The notes under the pieces are model-generated. The model searched no databases, was not told the origin of the DNA, and was given only the letters and a program-made list of their open reading frames with translations. Of a DNA stretch of 64,000 bases, positions 1 to 11,154 are shown in pieces (positions within the stretch are counted from its first letter, which is position 1; every line of letters begins with the position of its first letter). The DNA is from Leptospira sp. (GTDB lineage Bacteria > Spirochaetota > Leptospiria > Leptospirales > Leptospiraceae), in the NCBI GenBank assembly GCA_034439575.1, contig JAWXAQ010000036.1, positions 1-64,000 on the forward strand. The letters run 5' to 3'. The translations under genes were made by a program, and so were the position numbers.

Positions 1-218
1 ACCCTGCATTAAATTCACGAATTTCGGAAATCACCCTAGAGCAGGATGGAGAATTTAAAATTTTTCTAAAATCACCATCGCGCTCAAAAGTCTTTTTGGG
101 CAATAAACTGGACTTATACCAAATAAGAAAATTATACGCTGCCCTTGCCTATATTGAAACCGAAAACATAAACGTTACAAATATCGACTTACGGGGAGAA
201 GACGCAGTCTATCATTAA
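1..218 (+). CDS. ftsQ: Cell division protein FtsQ/DivIB, C-terminal fragment (starts before window)
   Basis: Frame from base 3 is open ([10 protein letters not shown]...[17 protein letters not shown] 216-218); FtsQ-type IDLR motif; 1 nt before ftsA ATG. Confidence 0.8.
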   Translation, partial: PALNSRISEITLEQDGEFKIFLKSPSRSKVFLGNKLDLYQIRKLYAALAYIETENINVTNIDLRGEDAVYH

Positions 219-219
219 A

Positions 220-1452
220 ATGGAAGATGCACCTATAGTTACAGCCCTAGATTTAGGATCATCTCTGATCAAAGTTGTGATCGGAAGATTGGTCAATGAA
301 TATGAAATAGAAATTATAGGAACTGGTTCGTATCCTTCATCTGGTGTAAAGAATGGTTCCATCGTAAACATTGAAACTACGACTAAATCAATCGTGGAAG
401 CATTTGGAGATGCTGAGCTTATGGCTGGCCAAGAAGTTGGAACGGTTGTTGTCAATGTTTCTGGAAAATCCGTCTATGGATTTAACGAACGCGGTATCAT
501 TGCTGTTACAAATAAAGAACGTACAGTTACGGAAATGGATATAATGCGTGTTGTCGAAGCTGCACAATCCGTTCATGTGCCAAATGACCAACAAGTTATA
601 CATGTTTTAACTAAAGAATTTAAAGTCGATGATCAAATAAATATCAAAGACCCAATTGGTATGACAGGCGTTCGGTTAGAAGCAGAAGTTCACATCGTAA
701 CTTGTGGCACTACAGCACTTAACAATATTGATAGATGTATAGAACAATCGGGATTATTGCAATTGGATCGAGTTTTATCATCTTTGGCTTCTTCGGAAGC
801 TGTATTGACAACTGGGGAAAAGGACCTAGGTACTGCTGTTGTAGATATCGGTTCTGGCGTTTGTGATATCATTGTATATGTTGATGGTGGTATCGCTTAT
901 TCGTCTGTTGTGCCGTTTGGTGGCTTTCACATAACGAGTGATTTATCCATCGGTTTAAAAACGACAATAGAATCTGCAGAAATATTAAAGAAAAGATATG
1001 GCCATACAAGAATGGATCAAGTCGATCCAACAGAAAAAATTGAAATTCCAGCAATTTCCGGCCGCCAAGCAAGAACCATTTTTCGATCTGAACTTGTCGA
1101 AATTATGGAACCACGTGTGCGCGAAATCTTAGAAATGGTCGATAATGAACTCACAAGATCAGGATTTAAATCTTCTCTCGCAGGTGGGGTCATTCTCACA
1201 GGCGGGTCTTCCCTTTTATTCGGCATAGAATCCTTAGCGGAAGAAGTTTTTCGGCTTTCAGTAGGACGAGCCAAACCAGCAGGACTCACTGGACTAGTGG
1301 ATAAGATCGCATCCCCTGAATATGCGACTTCGGTTGGTTTGATCAAATATGCATCAAGATTGCAAAATTTAGAACAAAGAAATATAAGATCCGGATCGGA
1401 ACAGGATAGTTGGGCAAAAAAGTTAAGGCGTTGGATGGAGAATAATCTCTAA
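220..1452 (+). CDS. ftsA: Cell division protein FtsA
   Basis: [36 protein letters not shown] actin-fold motifs; upstream of ftsZ. Confidence 0.98.
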   Translation: MEDAPIVTALDLGSSLIKVVIGRLVNEYEIEIIGTGSYPSSGVKNGSIVNIETTTKSIVEAFGDAELMAGQEVGTVVVNVSGKSVYGFNERGIIAVTNKERTVTEMDIMRVVEAAQSVHVPNDQQVIHVLTKEFKVDDQINIKDPIGMTGVRLEAEVHIVTCGTTALNNIDRCIEQSGLLQLDRVLSSLASSEAVLTTGEKDLGTAVVDIGSGVCDIIVYVDGGIAYSSVVPFGGFHITSDLSIGLKTTIESAEILKKRYGHTRMDQVDPTEKIEIPAISGRQARTIFRSELVEIMEPRVREILEMVDNELTRSGFKSSLAGGVILTGGSSLLFGIESLAEEVFRLSVGRAKPAGLTGLVDKIASPEYATSVGLIKYASRLQNLEQRNIRSGSEQDSWAKKLRRWMENNL

Positions 1453-1461
1453 GGAAAAGCT

Positions 1462-2676
1462 ATGTTATATTTAGAAGAAGAAAAGACTAGCCCAGCTAAC
1501 ATAAAAGTAGTGGGCATTGGTGGCGGTGGAATGAATGCCGTAACTAGAATGGTGAACTCTCAAATGAAGGGGGTTGACTTTTTAGTTATGAATACCGACG
1601 AACAAGTATTATTAAAATCTCCCGTTGAACATAAAATCCAATTAGGAACAAAAGTAACTCGTGGTATGGGAGCTGGTGGTGATCCAGATCTAGGACAAAA
1701 AGCCGCTATTGAAGATAAAGATAGAATCGTTGCCGCATTAAAAGGTGCTGATATGGTTTTTATCACTGCAGGGATGGGTGGTGGTACAGGTACAGGTGCC
1801 GCACCAGTGATCGCTGCTATCGCCAAAGAAATGAAATGTTTGGTGGTGGGTGTAGTGACAGTTCCTTTTTCCTTTGAAGGCAAAAGAAGAGCTGATCTTG
1901 CAAACCAAGGAATTGAAGAGCTTAAGGCTAATGTGGATACTCTTATCACCATTAGAAATGATTCCATTTTTCAAGTTGTAGATAGAAACACACCTATTGA
2001 TCAAGCTTTTCGAGTAATCGATGATATTTTGTTAAACGGTGTTCGTGGTATTAGCGATATCGTGAATCATCCAGGAATTATCAATGTAGATTTTGCTGAT
2101 GTTAAGACCATTATGAGAGATACTGGTGATGCGATACTCGGCGTTGGCGAAGGACGTGGCGAAACTCGAGTTGTGGAAGCAGTCGAACAAGCGATTAACA
2201 ATTCTTTATTGGAAGATTCTTCCATCCAAGGTGCCAAGTCTTTGCTCATCAATGTTACTGGGGGAAGCGATTTAACTATACATGAATGGAATGAAGTATC
2301 ACAAATCATCACCTCTCAAGCTGATCCTGATGCAAATATAATCATTGGCCTAAACGAAGATAAAAGTCTGGAAGATAAAATCCGAGTGACTGTGATCGCG
2401 ACTGGCTTTCAAAAACGAGTTATCACTAAACAAGTCCGCGAAAATAAAGCCGTTGGACAAAATGATCAAAACTTTACGTCTATGGATTTTGGACGAAAAA
2501 ATGAAGACCAAGCGCGCCAAAACAGGGAAAATTCTATCGCTCCAGATAACGGACGTAATTTGAGAATGGGTCAGAGAAATTTAGGAAATACTCGGAATTC
2601 TCCAAACCAAGCTTATAATAATTTCGGCGAAGATTATGACATCCCTGCCTTCCTAAGAAGAAAGGCAGAAGGATAA
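1462..2676 (+). CDS. ftsZ: Cell division protein FtsZ
   Basis: Tubulin signature [18 protein letters not shown]-terminal DIPAFLRR. Confidence 0.99.
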   Translation: MLYLEEEKTSPANIKVVGIGGGGMNAVTRMVNSQMKGVDFLVMNTDEQVLLKSPVEHKIQLGTKVTRGMGAGGDPDLGQKAAIEDKDRIVAALKGADMVFITAGMGGGTGTGAAPVIAAIAKEMKCLVVGVVTVPFSFEGKRRADLANQGIEELKANVDTLITIRNDSIFQVVDRNTPIDQAFRVIDDILLNGVRGISDIVNHPGIINVDFADVKTIMRDTGDAILGVGEGRGETRVVEAVEQAINNSLLEDSSIQGAKSLLINVTGGSDLTIHEWNEVSQIITSQADPDANIIIGLNEDKSLEDKIRVTVIATGFQKRVITKQVRENKAVGQNDQNFTSMDFGRKNEDQARQNRENSIAPDNGRNLRMGQRNLGNTRNSPNQAYNNFGEDYDIPAFLRRKAEG

Positions 2677-2678
2677 GT

Positions 2679-4100
2679 CTAATTCGTATAAGAACGAATT
2701 GTCAGATAGAGTGGTTTCCCTTCTTCTACTTTGATAGAAGAAGGGGCATTCGTGATGATTCCAGTGCTTTTATCCATATCAAAACTGTATTCACCAGGCT
2801 CCAAAAACACTCGTTTGACTTGAAAATTTGAAGGAATGGTCCGCCAACAACGAAGATCGGGACCAATCACCTGTGCCGTTGCAAGACCCGCCGCCGCACC
2901 CGCGGCTAATCGCACGAGTCCACTCACTAAATCGTTTTTATTTTTATCACCTAATCCGGATTCGATGGCTTTGGCAGCTGCCTCTGATGCGATCACTGCG
3001 GCGACAATTTTTACTGCAAGTGAAGTCACATTCTTTGTAATTAATGCCTTATAGTTATCATTGAAATTTTTAAGAGCAGTATCTGAATAATTATTCAAAA
3101 TATCTCCAGAACCAATTTCTACACCATTGATATAAAAATTACGTTTTTGAGAGCCTTCCAAATCACGATCTCTGTAAATCGGTATTGGATTTTCTGCTGT
3201 ACTCAATGTCGCAAGAACTCCAGCCACAGAGGCACCAACGCCTTCTGTGCGAACAGCCACTTCGATAGCACCACGTAAGGCGAGAGCAAAATACTCATCA
3301 TCCATTAGTTTACCACGAGATTCTTTAATCGCAGATTTACCAGCTTCATGAATGATGACGACTTCTGTCAGGTTTCCTGATTTAACATCGACTTTCTGCA
3401 TAGAATGGTTAAATGCTTGCACGAAGGGTGCACCGCGACCGTATTTTCCCAAATCACGAGCGTCATTTTCTTTCATCGCTAGGACATAACGATCGGATGC
3501 CAAAGTTTGACTTGTGCCGATCAGAGATTCCATATTTTTGAATTGGACACGAGCATCATTGAATCGCCCGAGTTTTTCTGAAACATAAGCATCTAACAGA
3601 CGTGCGGCGTTGTTTTGTCTATATTCAGCCGCGGTGAATTTCATCTCTTTCAATTCAAAATCCAATCTTCGGAAATAGATTTTGGCATTATCCAAATCAC
3701 CTAGTGCCATAAAATTGAGGGCAATGAAAAATTTGATCATGACTCGTTCAAAATCTTCACCCGTATAATTTGATTCGTTATCGGAGAGTAAAAAGGCGAG
3801 TCCTTCTTTTGTGATACTCGTTTTGATGTTGTCTGATAATTCTTCTGCTTCTTTAAAAACTTTATTTGAAGTAGCAAAATCGCCTTTGGAATGGAAAATC
3901 ATTCCCGCTTCCATCATAAATAGCAGTCGATCCTTCGTACTAGAGTCTTCGTAAAGAGCTCTGATAGAAGGAATCGCAGAATCATAATCTTGACTGTAAT
4001 ATGCTTTTTCGGTGGATTCTATTATCTTATTGTAATCAGATGCACAACCAAACAAAGAAAAAGCGATAAGGAGTAAAAAACTTAAGAATTTTGGGAACAA
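2679..4100 (-). CDS. TPR-like lipoprotein, COG3014-like
   Basis: Start moved from 4193 to TTG at 4100, which follows AGGAG by 8 nt; lipobox FSLFGC; YTGEDFE and PDLRCWRTIP motifs; downstream of LpoB-like gene. Confidence 0.75.
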   Translation of the reverse strand: MFPKFLSFLLLIAFSLFGCASDYNKIIESTEKAYYSQDYDSAIPSIRALYEDSSTKDRLLFMMEAGMIFHSKGDFATSNKVFKEAEELSDNIKTSITKEGLAFLLSDNESNYTGEDFERVMIKFFIALNFMALGDLDNAKIYFRRLDFELKEMKFTAAEYRQNNAARLLDAYVSEKLGRFNDARVQFKNMESLIGTSQTLASDRYVLAMKENDARDLGKYGRGAPFVQAFNHSMQKVDVKSGNLTEVVIIHEAGKSAIKESRGKLMDDEYFALALRGAIEVAVRTEGVGASVAGVLATLSTAENPIPIYRDRDLEGSQKRNFYINGVEIGSGDILNNYSDTALKNFNDNYKALITKNVTSLAVKIVAAVIASEAAAKAIESGLGDKNKNDLVSGLVRLAAGAAAGLATAQVIGPDLRCWRTIPSNFQVKRVFLEPGEYSFDMDKSTGIITNAPSSIKVEEGKPLYLTIRSYTN

Positions 4101-4122
4101 GGTAAATACTCCTAAAAGAATC

Positions 4123-4701
4123 CTACCAACCAACGCCTTTATTTCCACGAACAGCTTGTTTGCGGTAAGATACTTTTTCAGACCAAACAGCAATGGTGGT
4201 TTCTACTTCGACTAGTTCAATGTTAATTGATTGTTCGACGATTTTTTCACCGTCGGCAGTGAACATATTTTCATTGATTTCACATCTAACAAAATAATTC
4301 GGTGACTTCAATTTTCCAATGGAAAGGCGATTGGAAGTGAGACCCGACAAACTAAATTGAATTTCTTCTAATGATTGTTCGCGAGATTTTGTGCGAACTG
4401 TATAAATTTTGTTTTTAATTAGTTTTGAAACAAAGGCATTGTCAAAAAGTTCTGTTTGGATTTGTTCGGATGTATCGTTACGAGTCGGGTAATGAGCCAC
4501 GAAAACTCCAACTTCTGATGGGTTTTCCTTGAAAAAAACTCCGATTTCATCGGCCAATTTTTCAGCGGCACGAACCAGTTCTTGGCTAGTTAATCCGCCA
4601 GAATCAGCAACAAAGTCTGTTTTATCATCTAGCCTTTTGGCACCGCTAGAACAACTAATAAGAAAAACGATCGTGAGAATGTATCCGAAAACTCGATTCA
4701 T
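4123..4701 (-). CDS. lpoB: Penicillin-binding protein activator LpoB-like lipoprotein
   Basis: Lipobox FLISC; NDTSEQIQT and IELVEVETTIAVWSE resemble the LpoB family; paired with COG3014-like gene. Confidence 0.65.
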   Translation of the reverse strand: MNRVFGYILTIVFLISCSSGAKRLDDKTDFVADSGGLTSQELVRAAEKLADEIGVFFKENPSEVGVFVAHYPTRNDTSEQIQTELFDNAFVSKLIKNKIYTVRTKSREQSLEEIQFSLSGLTSNRLSIGKLKSPNYFVRCEINENMFTADGEKIVEQSINIELVEVETTIAVWSEKVSYRKQAVRGNKGVGW

Positions 4702-4760
4702 GTAGGCTCTCTTTACGTGTTAGAAATAATTTCTATATTGGTACCTGAAAAATTCGATTG

Positions 4761-5510
4761 TCAATTCCAAAAATCATCTGCTTCATCCGCTCGTAATTTC
4801 TTCCCCAGAAAATCACTTTTTTCATAATTACTCATCACACTCAACTCCCGACTGTAGATCAAATGAATGAGTTTTTTATGTAAGGATTTATCTTCCCATT
4901 GGCGAATCTCTATCAGATTATTCGCATATAAGTCGTTCCTTTTCTTTTTAAAGATTCTAAGACGCTCTGATGCGAAGGTACCTGGATTTTTTTGCACATA
5001 GTCTTCTGCATAAAAGAGCAATTCTTGTACTTTTTGGGATGGATGGACTGGAAACAAAATTTCCTTCAATTGACCAGGAAAGTAATGTTCCCTTAAATCC
5101 TTTCTTTTTTCCCATTTTTCCCAATTGGTGTAGGCTGACTCTTTTTCAAGTATCTCTAATTCTTCTAAATAAAAAGAATAGGAAACATATACAGCGTACA
5201 AAATGGCTCCTCGTTCCCCAGGAAATTCGGCATTTATTTTTTGAAAGGTGATTTCTTTGTCACTGTTCCATTCATATCTTTCTTTTCCATAGAGAAGATC
5301 CAAATACTCTTTGAGAGGATTCGGAAAATCAGAATTTTTGAGAATGTCCGACTTTTCTTTTAATAAATTCCATGTAATTTCTGACCTAGGGTCGTATGTT
5401 TTTTTGGAGGCAAAATCAGCTTTTTTTTTAATAAAAAGGAAATAGACAATAGTTGAAATCGACAGGAGAAGTAGAATGACCACTATGAAAATCACATTGC
5501 GTTTATTCAT
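4761..5510 (-). CDS. Membrane-anchored helical protein, weakly lipase-chaperone (foldase)-like; start 5510 or 5528
   Basis: Single N-terminal TM segment, then LYAVYVSYSFYLEEL...RKDLREHYF...ILF pattern reminiscent of Lif proteins. Confidence 0.5.
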   Translation of the reverse strand: MNKRNVIFIVVILLLLSISTIVYFLFIKKKADFASKKTYDPRSEITWNLLKEKSDILKNSDFPNPLKEYLDLLYGKERYEWNSDKEITFQKINAEFPGERGAILYAVYVSYSFYLEELEILEKESAYTNWEKWEKRKDLREHYFPGQLKEILFPVHPSQKVQELLFYAEDYVQKNPGTFASERLRIFKKKRNDLYANNLIEIRQWEDKSLHKKLIHLIYSRELSVMSNYEKSDFLGKKLRADEADDFWN

Positions 5511-6009
5511 CCTCCTTACGATTTTCATATTCACTTTCGTTTGCAAGCCAAAGAAAGAAGAATCAATCGATGCAGAAACTCTCAGCTTTTTATTGTCTCA
5601 AAGAACCGGAGCAGAAGGGGCCTGTCAGAAATTTCTCCTCAGCGAAGCAAATTGTGTTTCTTCGGGTGATAATTCTTTAGTCGTATGTCCTGGTCTTATC
5701 ACGAATCTGAAAGCAAAAATCACCCCCACGGACAAAGCTAGTGACTCTGTTGCCGAACTATACTTTAATTGTTTTAGCAATGCGAATGTGATATATAACC
5801 AAGCTATCTCTTGTTCAAAAACTTCGTTTAACACAACCGCTGATTATAGACGTGCCCAAAGGGGAACGGCTTCTGGAAGTTCACAAAATGCAGTCGCCAC
5901 TTGGAAGATACAATTCAACAATTGTGCCTCTCTGGAAAACGGAACTCCTCCATCGGACTCTGGTATCAAGGAAACTGGTACTACCTTAACTGCCGACCCA
6001 TTTCAATAA
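5476..6009 (+). CDS. Cys-rich putative lipoprotein
   Basis: AGGAG 7 nt before ATG; signal ending TFVC; six further Cys residues. Confidence 0.75.
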   Translation: MTTMKITLRLFILLTIFIFTFVCKPKKEESIDAETLSFLLSQRTGAEGACQKFLLSEANCVSSGDNSLVVCPGLITNLKAKITPTDKASDSVAELYFNCFSNANVIYNQAISCSKTSFNTTADYRRAQRGTASGSSQNAVATWKIQFNNCASLENGTPPSDSGIKETGTTLTADPFQ

Positions 6010-6032
6010 CGATTTTATTCTAGGAGTTTAAT

Positions 6033-7019
6033 ATGTCACTAGTCACAAAAGATGAGTTAATTGGAAAATTAAAACCTGTTTACATGGATCATGAAATCGA
6101 TGGAAGAATTCTTCCATTGGTTGAAGAAATCAATCGCCTCAAAAAAGAAAAAAATGCGGTTCTTCTTGGGCATAATTATATGACTCCTGATGTATTTTGG
6201 GGTGTATCCGATATCATTGGTGATTCCCTATACCTTTCAAAGATGGCAAAGGAAACGGAAGCCGACATCATACTGTTCAATGGTGTGCATTTTATGGCTG
6301 AGACTGCAAAGATATTATCACCTAGCAAAAAAGTATTGATTGCTGATATGAAAGCTGGTTGTTCCCTTGCGGAAGCTATTACGAGAGATGATGTTAAAAG
6401 GTTAAAAGCCCAGTACCCAGGTGTTCCTGTAGTCACCTATGTCAATTGTTCGGCGGATGTAAAAGCTGAAACAGATGTTTGTTGCACTTCGGCAAATGCT
6501 GTACAAATTGTCAATGCTATGGAATCGGATACGGTAATATTTTTACCTGATGAATATTTGGCGGGAAATGTTAGGAATCAAACCACTAAAAAAATCATTT
6601 CACATCCTGGACGTTGTATGGTTCATGAAATGTACACACCTGCGGATATCCAATCAGCAAAAAGATTGTTTAGTGGTGATCTAACAGTCATTACTCACCC
6701 TGAATGCCATGAAGATGTAGTAAAAGAAGCGGACTTTTCAGGCTCCACCTCCCAAATGATTGATTTCATTCGTCTTTCAAAGACAAAAAAGATAATGCTT
6801 GTTACAGAATGTTCGATGGGCGATAATCTTCGTTCAGAATTCCCTGAGAAAGAATTTGTATCCACTTGCCAAACATGCCCGCATATGAAAAAAATCACCT
6901 TGGAAAAAGTGCGAGATGCATTGCTTAAGGAACAGTTCGAAATTTTTCTAGACGAAGAAGTGATCAGAAGTGCTCAAAAATCCGTAAATCGAATGTTGGA
7001 ATTAAGTTATAAAAAGTAG
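6033..7019 (+). CDS. nadA: Quinolinate synthase A
   Basis: GHNY, GDSL, GVHFMAE, AGCSLA, CMVH, THPEC, CPHMK with three Fe-S Cys. Confidence 0.97.
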   Translation: MSLVTKDELIGKLKPVYMDHEIDGRILPLVEEINRLKKEKNAVLLGHNYMTPDVFWGVSDIIGDSLYLSKMAKETEADIILFNGVHFMAETAKILSPSKKVLIADMKAGCSLAEAITRDDVKRLKAQYPGVPVVTYVNCSADVKAETDVCCTSANAVQIVNAMESDTVIFLPDEYLAGNVRNQTTKKIISHPGRCMVHEMYTPADIQSAKRLFSGDLTVITHPECHEDVVKEADFSGSTSQMIDFIRLSKTKKIMLVTECSMGDNLRSEFPEKEFVSTCQTCPHMKKITLEKVRDALLKEQFEIFLDEEVIRSAQKSVNRMLELSYKK

Positions 7020-7024
7020 GATAT

Positions 7025-7504
7025 ATGATTAGAGTTGGAAGTGGTATTGATTTTCACCGACTGATACAGGAACCGTTTCGCCCGCTCATGTTAGCTGGAG
7101 TGGAAGTGGAATCCGAGTTTGCTTTTCTTGGGCATAGTGATGCAGATGTTTTGTTACATGCTGTAGCAGATGCTATCCTTGGAGCGGGGGGTCTCGGTGA
7201 CATTGGACAACATTATCCAGACAATGACGCTTCGATCAAAAATATTTCATCCTCTATCATTGTTAAAAAATGCCTTTCCTTAGTAGAAGAGAAAGGTTGG
7301 AAATTGGTCAATGTTGATTGTACTTATGTGGGTGATCATCCAAAAATTAGCCCTATCCGTAGTGAACTAATCACATCACTTGCAAATATTCTTTCATTAC
7401 CACTTGATGCAGTTTCAATTAAGGCCACAACTTCCGAAGGTATGGGAGCTCTCGGAAGGTCTGAAGGTGTTATGGTAATGGCAACTGTATTGATTGAAAA
7501 ATAA
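7025..7504 (+). CDS. ispF: 2-C-methyl-D-erythritol 2,4-cyclodiphosphate synthase
   Basis: GIDFH, GHSDADV, GDIGQHYPD, SIKATTSEGMG. Confidence 0.97.
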   Translation: MIRVGSGIDFHRLIQEPFRPLMLAGVEVESEFAFLGHSDADVLLHAVADAILGAGGLGDIGQHYPDNDASIKNISSSIIVKKCLSLVEEKGWKLVNVDCTYVGDHPKISPIRSELITSLANILSLPLDAVSIKATTSEGMGALGRSEGVMVMATVLIEK

Positions 7505-7511
7505 TTGCCAA

Positions 7512-7988
7512 CTACGACTTGCTAGCTTGTCCAATAAGTTTAGTCACATTCTCTGCATTCTTTTGGAGCGTTGATTTTCCAAAGAACAAAAATATGATAC
7601 GAGATAAAAGATCGGGTTTTGTTTTCATAAAATAGCTGGAATGAACTAAATTGGATTCAGGCGACTCTGTCCAAATGTGTGTTTCCGAAATGGTTTCTGA
7701 ATGGGGAAGGTTCAAAATTTCAAAACTAACCTTTTGATTGGGAATCCATTCTGTCATTCGGACTTGGACTTCTTCGCCATCAAAATTTCCTATAATACTT
7801 TCGCCAATTGTTGGGATTCGGGCCAATTTGTTCGAATGTCTTTGCAAAATCAATTTAATGGCTGGCTCAAATTTTTGAATGGTTGTTGTGCTCTGTGCCA
7901 AAGATATTTCATCTCGCGAATATGTCACAATGGCTAAAACAAGAAAAAAGACTGAAAATAAACGAAGGAACCAAATCATTTGTTCCAT
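7512..7988 (-). CDS. Hypothetical membrane-anchored protein, possibly SRPBCC-like fold
   Basis: N-terminal hydrophobic helix; VRMTEWIPNQKVSFEI and C-terminal helix resemble SRPBCC; fills gap between ispF and divergent operon. Confidence 0.55.
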   Translation of the reverse strand: MEQMIWFLRLFSVFFLVLAIVTYSRDEISLAQSTTTIQKFEPAIKLILQRHSNKLARIPTIGESIIGNFDGEEVQVRMTEWIPNQKVSFEILNLPHSETISETHIWTESPESNLVHSSYFMKTKPDLLSRIIFLFFGKSTLQKNAENVTKLIGQASKS

Positions 7989-8039
7989 GTAAAAATCTAT
8001 TGCATAAGGATCGAATGAAATTTAATTTTAGCCGATATC

Positions 8040-10100
8040 ATGTCTATGTCTTCGGATCATTCTAGCTTCATTTCTGGTAGGGAAATCTCCTCAAGGCGCG
8101 TTTCTGGGCTCATCCGGGCACACGTTCAAGAATCAAAGTCTTCTTTAAAATCAAATCCGTTTCCAGAAATTTTGGATGATATGACTTACACAAAGATCAT
8201 GCGAGATCCAAATTTTTGGATTTCTCAAGACTTGGAAGATCGCCTGATCAATGTTATAACTCAAACTTTGGATATATCTGGAATGTTGTATCATTTGGGT
8301 ACTGAAACACTTATCACAAATGCTTATGATTTACTTCCGTTAGACGATTCTCGGATTAATCTGGAAGAGTTGATTCATCGTATCCCCATTTTAATCAATC
8401 GTTTAACAAGAACCGTTTCATTAAACATTAACATACCACAAAATAAAACAGCTGTTTTCCAATTCGACTATTTGACTCGTTATGTGGAGAAATGGTATGA
8501 TGCCATTTTTTTCCAAGGGATGTTGAACGGATTGGCTGTACTTTTTGAACTTAAAGATTACCGCATTCAAATGACCAAAACTAGGTTATACGGAATTCAT
8601 GTTACTCATAAGGATTTGGGTGATGATATACAATTCGGTTCAGAAGCAAATGAATATGTGTTAACATGGAATGATGAACCATATCAATTGTCTCGTTCTA
8701 GTTTAAACAAAGATGAACTTTCCAATCGACATAAGGTGATGATCGTTTCAAAAGGGGAAACTTCATCTGAAGAAATTTCTTTTGTGGATGTGAATGATGT
8801 GGTCGTAAAATCTCGAGAGTTAGCGATTGAAAATCGAGATTTGGAAGCGGCCGTAGAAATTTTAAAATCCTTTAAATTTGAATTAGAAAAGAAACAACTT
8901 TCCATTGCTAAAGACTTAAAACTCGCGAAGAACATTCAAAAAGGTCTTATCCCACAAATCATCCCCGATTGGAAAGGAATACAATTTTGGGCGGCCTATA
9001 GCCCTATGCAAGAAGTGAGTGGGGATTATTATGATTATTTTCCTTTCGCATCGGATAAGTTAGGCGTAGTTGTATGTGATGTTTCTGGACATGGAGTACC
9101 TGCGGCTTTTATAACAGCACTCTCTAAGATGCTTTTTTCAAATTATAAAAAAGCCAAACCTTCGGAAACTTTCAAACATATAAACAGAGATTTGTTGGAC
9201 TTAGTTAAACAACAAGGTTATACCACATGTGTTTATGTACTAATTGAAAATGATTATAAAATAATTTATTCAATCGCGGGTCACCCTAGACCGATTTTAT
9301 ACAGATCAAAAACCAAACGTGCCGAAATCCAAGAAGGAGAAGGAACGTTCTTAGGTATGTTTCCTGATGGCGGTGACACATATCGTGACCATACCTTACA
9401 ATTAGAGCCTGGAGATAAATTATTTTTATACACAGACGGTATCACTGAGGCTGAAAATGATAAGGGCGATTCGTTCAGTGAAGAAAGATTGATTGCACTT
9501 ATAGAAAAAACGGATGCTATGACGATTCAAGAAAGCATAGAATTTATAATGAACGCTCATAAAGAGTTTACTATGGGAACAGATCCCATGGATGATATCA
9601 CCTTACTTGGGTTACAATTATCTCCCCGCCTTCCAGAATTTAATGAATACAAATTAAATGCAGAAAAAAATTATCGACTAAAGAATTTCAAAGATGCTTG
9701 TGATGAATATAAAAAAGCCTATGAAATTTTGCCTCGCGAATTAAATACCCAGTTAGCTTATGGACGGGCACTTGCCAATTCTGGAAAATATAATGAGGCG
9801 ATGAAGTTATTAGAGGATTATAATAAATTCAAAACCAATAATTATCTTTCACATGCTATATTAGGATATTGTTATTATAAAGAAGGATCTTTTGAAAAGG
9901 CAGAGTTAGAGTGGAAAAAAGCTCATTCTCTAAATGATGATAATCTGCCGATTCTATTTAACCTAGCTATGGTTTATCAGAGGTTAGGTATGAAAACCAA
10001 AATGAAAGAAATGACAGAAAGAATGCGGAAATTAGAAAATGAGTACAAACACATTATCCCATTGGAGAAAAAATGGGAACTCATGTTAGATGAAAAATAG
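8040..10100 (+). CDS. SpoIIE/RsbU-type PP2C phosphatase with N-terminal sensor-like domain and C-terminal TPRs
   Basis: VSGDYYD, CDVSGHGVPAA, LYTDGITEA, DDITLL; coiled coil before, TPR-like repeats after. Confidence 0.92.
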   Translation: MSMSSDHSSFISGREISSRRVSGLIRAHVQESKSSLKSNPFPEILDDMTYTKIMRDPNFWISQDLEDRLINVITQTLDISGMLYHLGTETLITNAYDLLPLDDSRINLEELIHRIPILINRLTRTVSLNINIPQNKTAVFQFDYLTRYVEKWYDAIFFQGMLNGLAVLFELKDYRIQMTKTRLYGIHVTHKDLGDDIQFGSEANEYVLTWNDEPYQLSRSSLNKDELSNRHKVMIVSKGETSSEEISFVDVNDVVVKSRELAIENRDLEAAVEILKSFKFELEKKQLSIAKDLKLAKNIQKGLIPQIIPDWKGIQFWAAYSPMQEVSGDYYDYFPFASDKLGVVVCDVSGHGVPAAFITALSKMLFSNYKKAKPSETFKHINRDLLDLVKQQGYTTCVYVLIENDYKIIYSIAGHPRPILYRSKTKRAEIQEGEGTFLGMFPDGGDTYRDHTLQLEPGDKLFLYTDGITEAENDKGDSFSEERLIALIEKTDAMTIQESIEFIMNAHKEFTMGTDPMDDITLLGLQLSPRLPEFNEYKLNAEKNYRLKNFKDACDEYKKAYEILPRELNTQLAYGRALANSGKYNEAMKLLEDYNKFKTNNYLSHAILGYCYYKEGSFEKAELEWKKAHSLNDDNLPILFNLAMVYQRLGMKTKMKEMTERMRKLENEYKHIIPLEKKWELMLDEK

Positions 10101-11151
10101 ATTCATTTTATCATTTATTCTTTGTATATCTTTTTTATCCTTTAAATTTCCAGAAAATCATTCCTTTCATTCTGAATATAATTTGGAATGGGTTTATTTT
10201 GTTGGCCATTTAAAAAGTGAAACAGGTGTCACTTTCGGATATGAGTTATCATTTTTTCGTTTAGCTCTTGTTGACGATAAAATGAATCAAAAAATGGAAG
10301 TATTCCCTGTTCATTTCGCCATTTCAAATCCCAAAGAAAAAAAACACCTAACATTTGAAACACGAAATCGTAATATTGGCGGTATCGCAGGTTATACGCA
10401 AAAATCTATTTTTTCTGGAGAATATAATTTTGAAATCATTGCAAAAAATAAATTTAAAATTACTGCCCGACCAAAATTTAAGAATACAAATTTGGAATTA
10501 ACTTTGGATGCTATTGGCGAGCCGTTGATTCATGGCGATAAGGGATTATCCATTAAATCTAGAAAAAACCCATCTGCTCGATCGTATTATTATAGTTATC
10601 CTAGATTAAATTCAATTGGAACTCTTACTTACGAGGGCAAGATTTATAAAATTATTTCTGGTGATTCATGGATGGATCATGAGTGGAGTGAAAATAAAAA
10701 TGAAGAAATTTCATTTTCCTCGCAGAATACATCTTGGGATTGGATTTGTTTAATGACAGAAGAAGGGGATGATTTTGTTTCCTTTGGATTTCAAACTGAT
10801 AAGTTACAAGAAAAAGAAATAACTGGAATACTACGCACCGCTTTGGGAAAAATACATAAGTTTGATAAAGAAGGTGAAATCAAAATGTCGAGTCTTCCGA
10901 GCGGATTATGGAAAAGTCCTACTTCAAAAATTAAATACCCCTTGTCTTGGAAAGTGGAATTTCCGAATGGATACTGGATTGTAAAACCCATATTCAACGA
11001 ACAAGAGTTTAACGGCGAAAAAAGTACAGGAATTATCTATTGGGAAGGAATGGTTGAGGCTCTAGGCGAAATAGATGGAAAAAAAAAGAAAGCAAAAGGA
11101 TATTTGGAATTGAAGGGATATGAGGATAGTTCCCAATGGTGGGAGTTCTAA
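10090..11151 (+). CDS. Secreted AttH/CrtC-like lipocalin-domain protein
   Basis: Signal peptide; EWVYFVGHL, SYYYSYPRL, WMDHEWS, WDW, YWEG, GYLELKGY. Confidence 0.85.
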   Translation: MKNRFILSFILCISFLSFKFPENHSFHSEYNLEWVYFVGHLKSETGVTFGYELSFFRLALVDDKMNQKMEVFPVHFAISNPKEKKHLTFETRNRNIGGIAGYTQKSIFSGEYNFEIIAKNKFKITARPKFKNTNLELTLDAIGEPLIHGDKGLSIKSRKNPSARSYYYSYPRLNSIGTLTYEGKIYKIISGDSWMDHEWSENKNEEISFSSQNTSWDWICLMTEEGDDFVSFGFQTDKLQEKEITGILRTALGKIHKFDKEGEIKMSSLPSGLWKSPTSKIKYPLSWKVEFPNGYWIVKPIFNEQEFNGEKSTGIIYWEGMVEALGEIDGKKKKAKGYLELKGYEDSSQWWEF

Positions 11152-11154
11152 ACT

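Noticed and set aside
189-2312. Antisense ORFs over ftsA/ftsZ, and similar ones over nadA, RND, czcA and others
   Set aside because: Shadows of strongly conserved genes, with no RBS or recognisable motifs
4101-4193. N-terminal extension of the COG3014-like ORF
   Set aside because: Overlaps the LpoB-like gene; TTG 4100 has an SD and gives a normal lipoprotein signal
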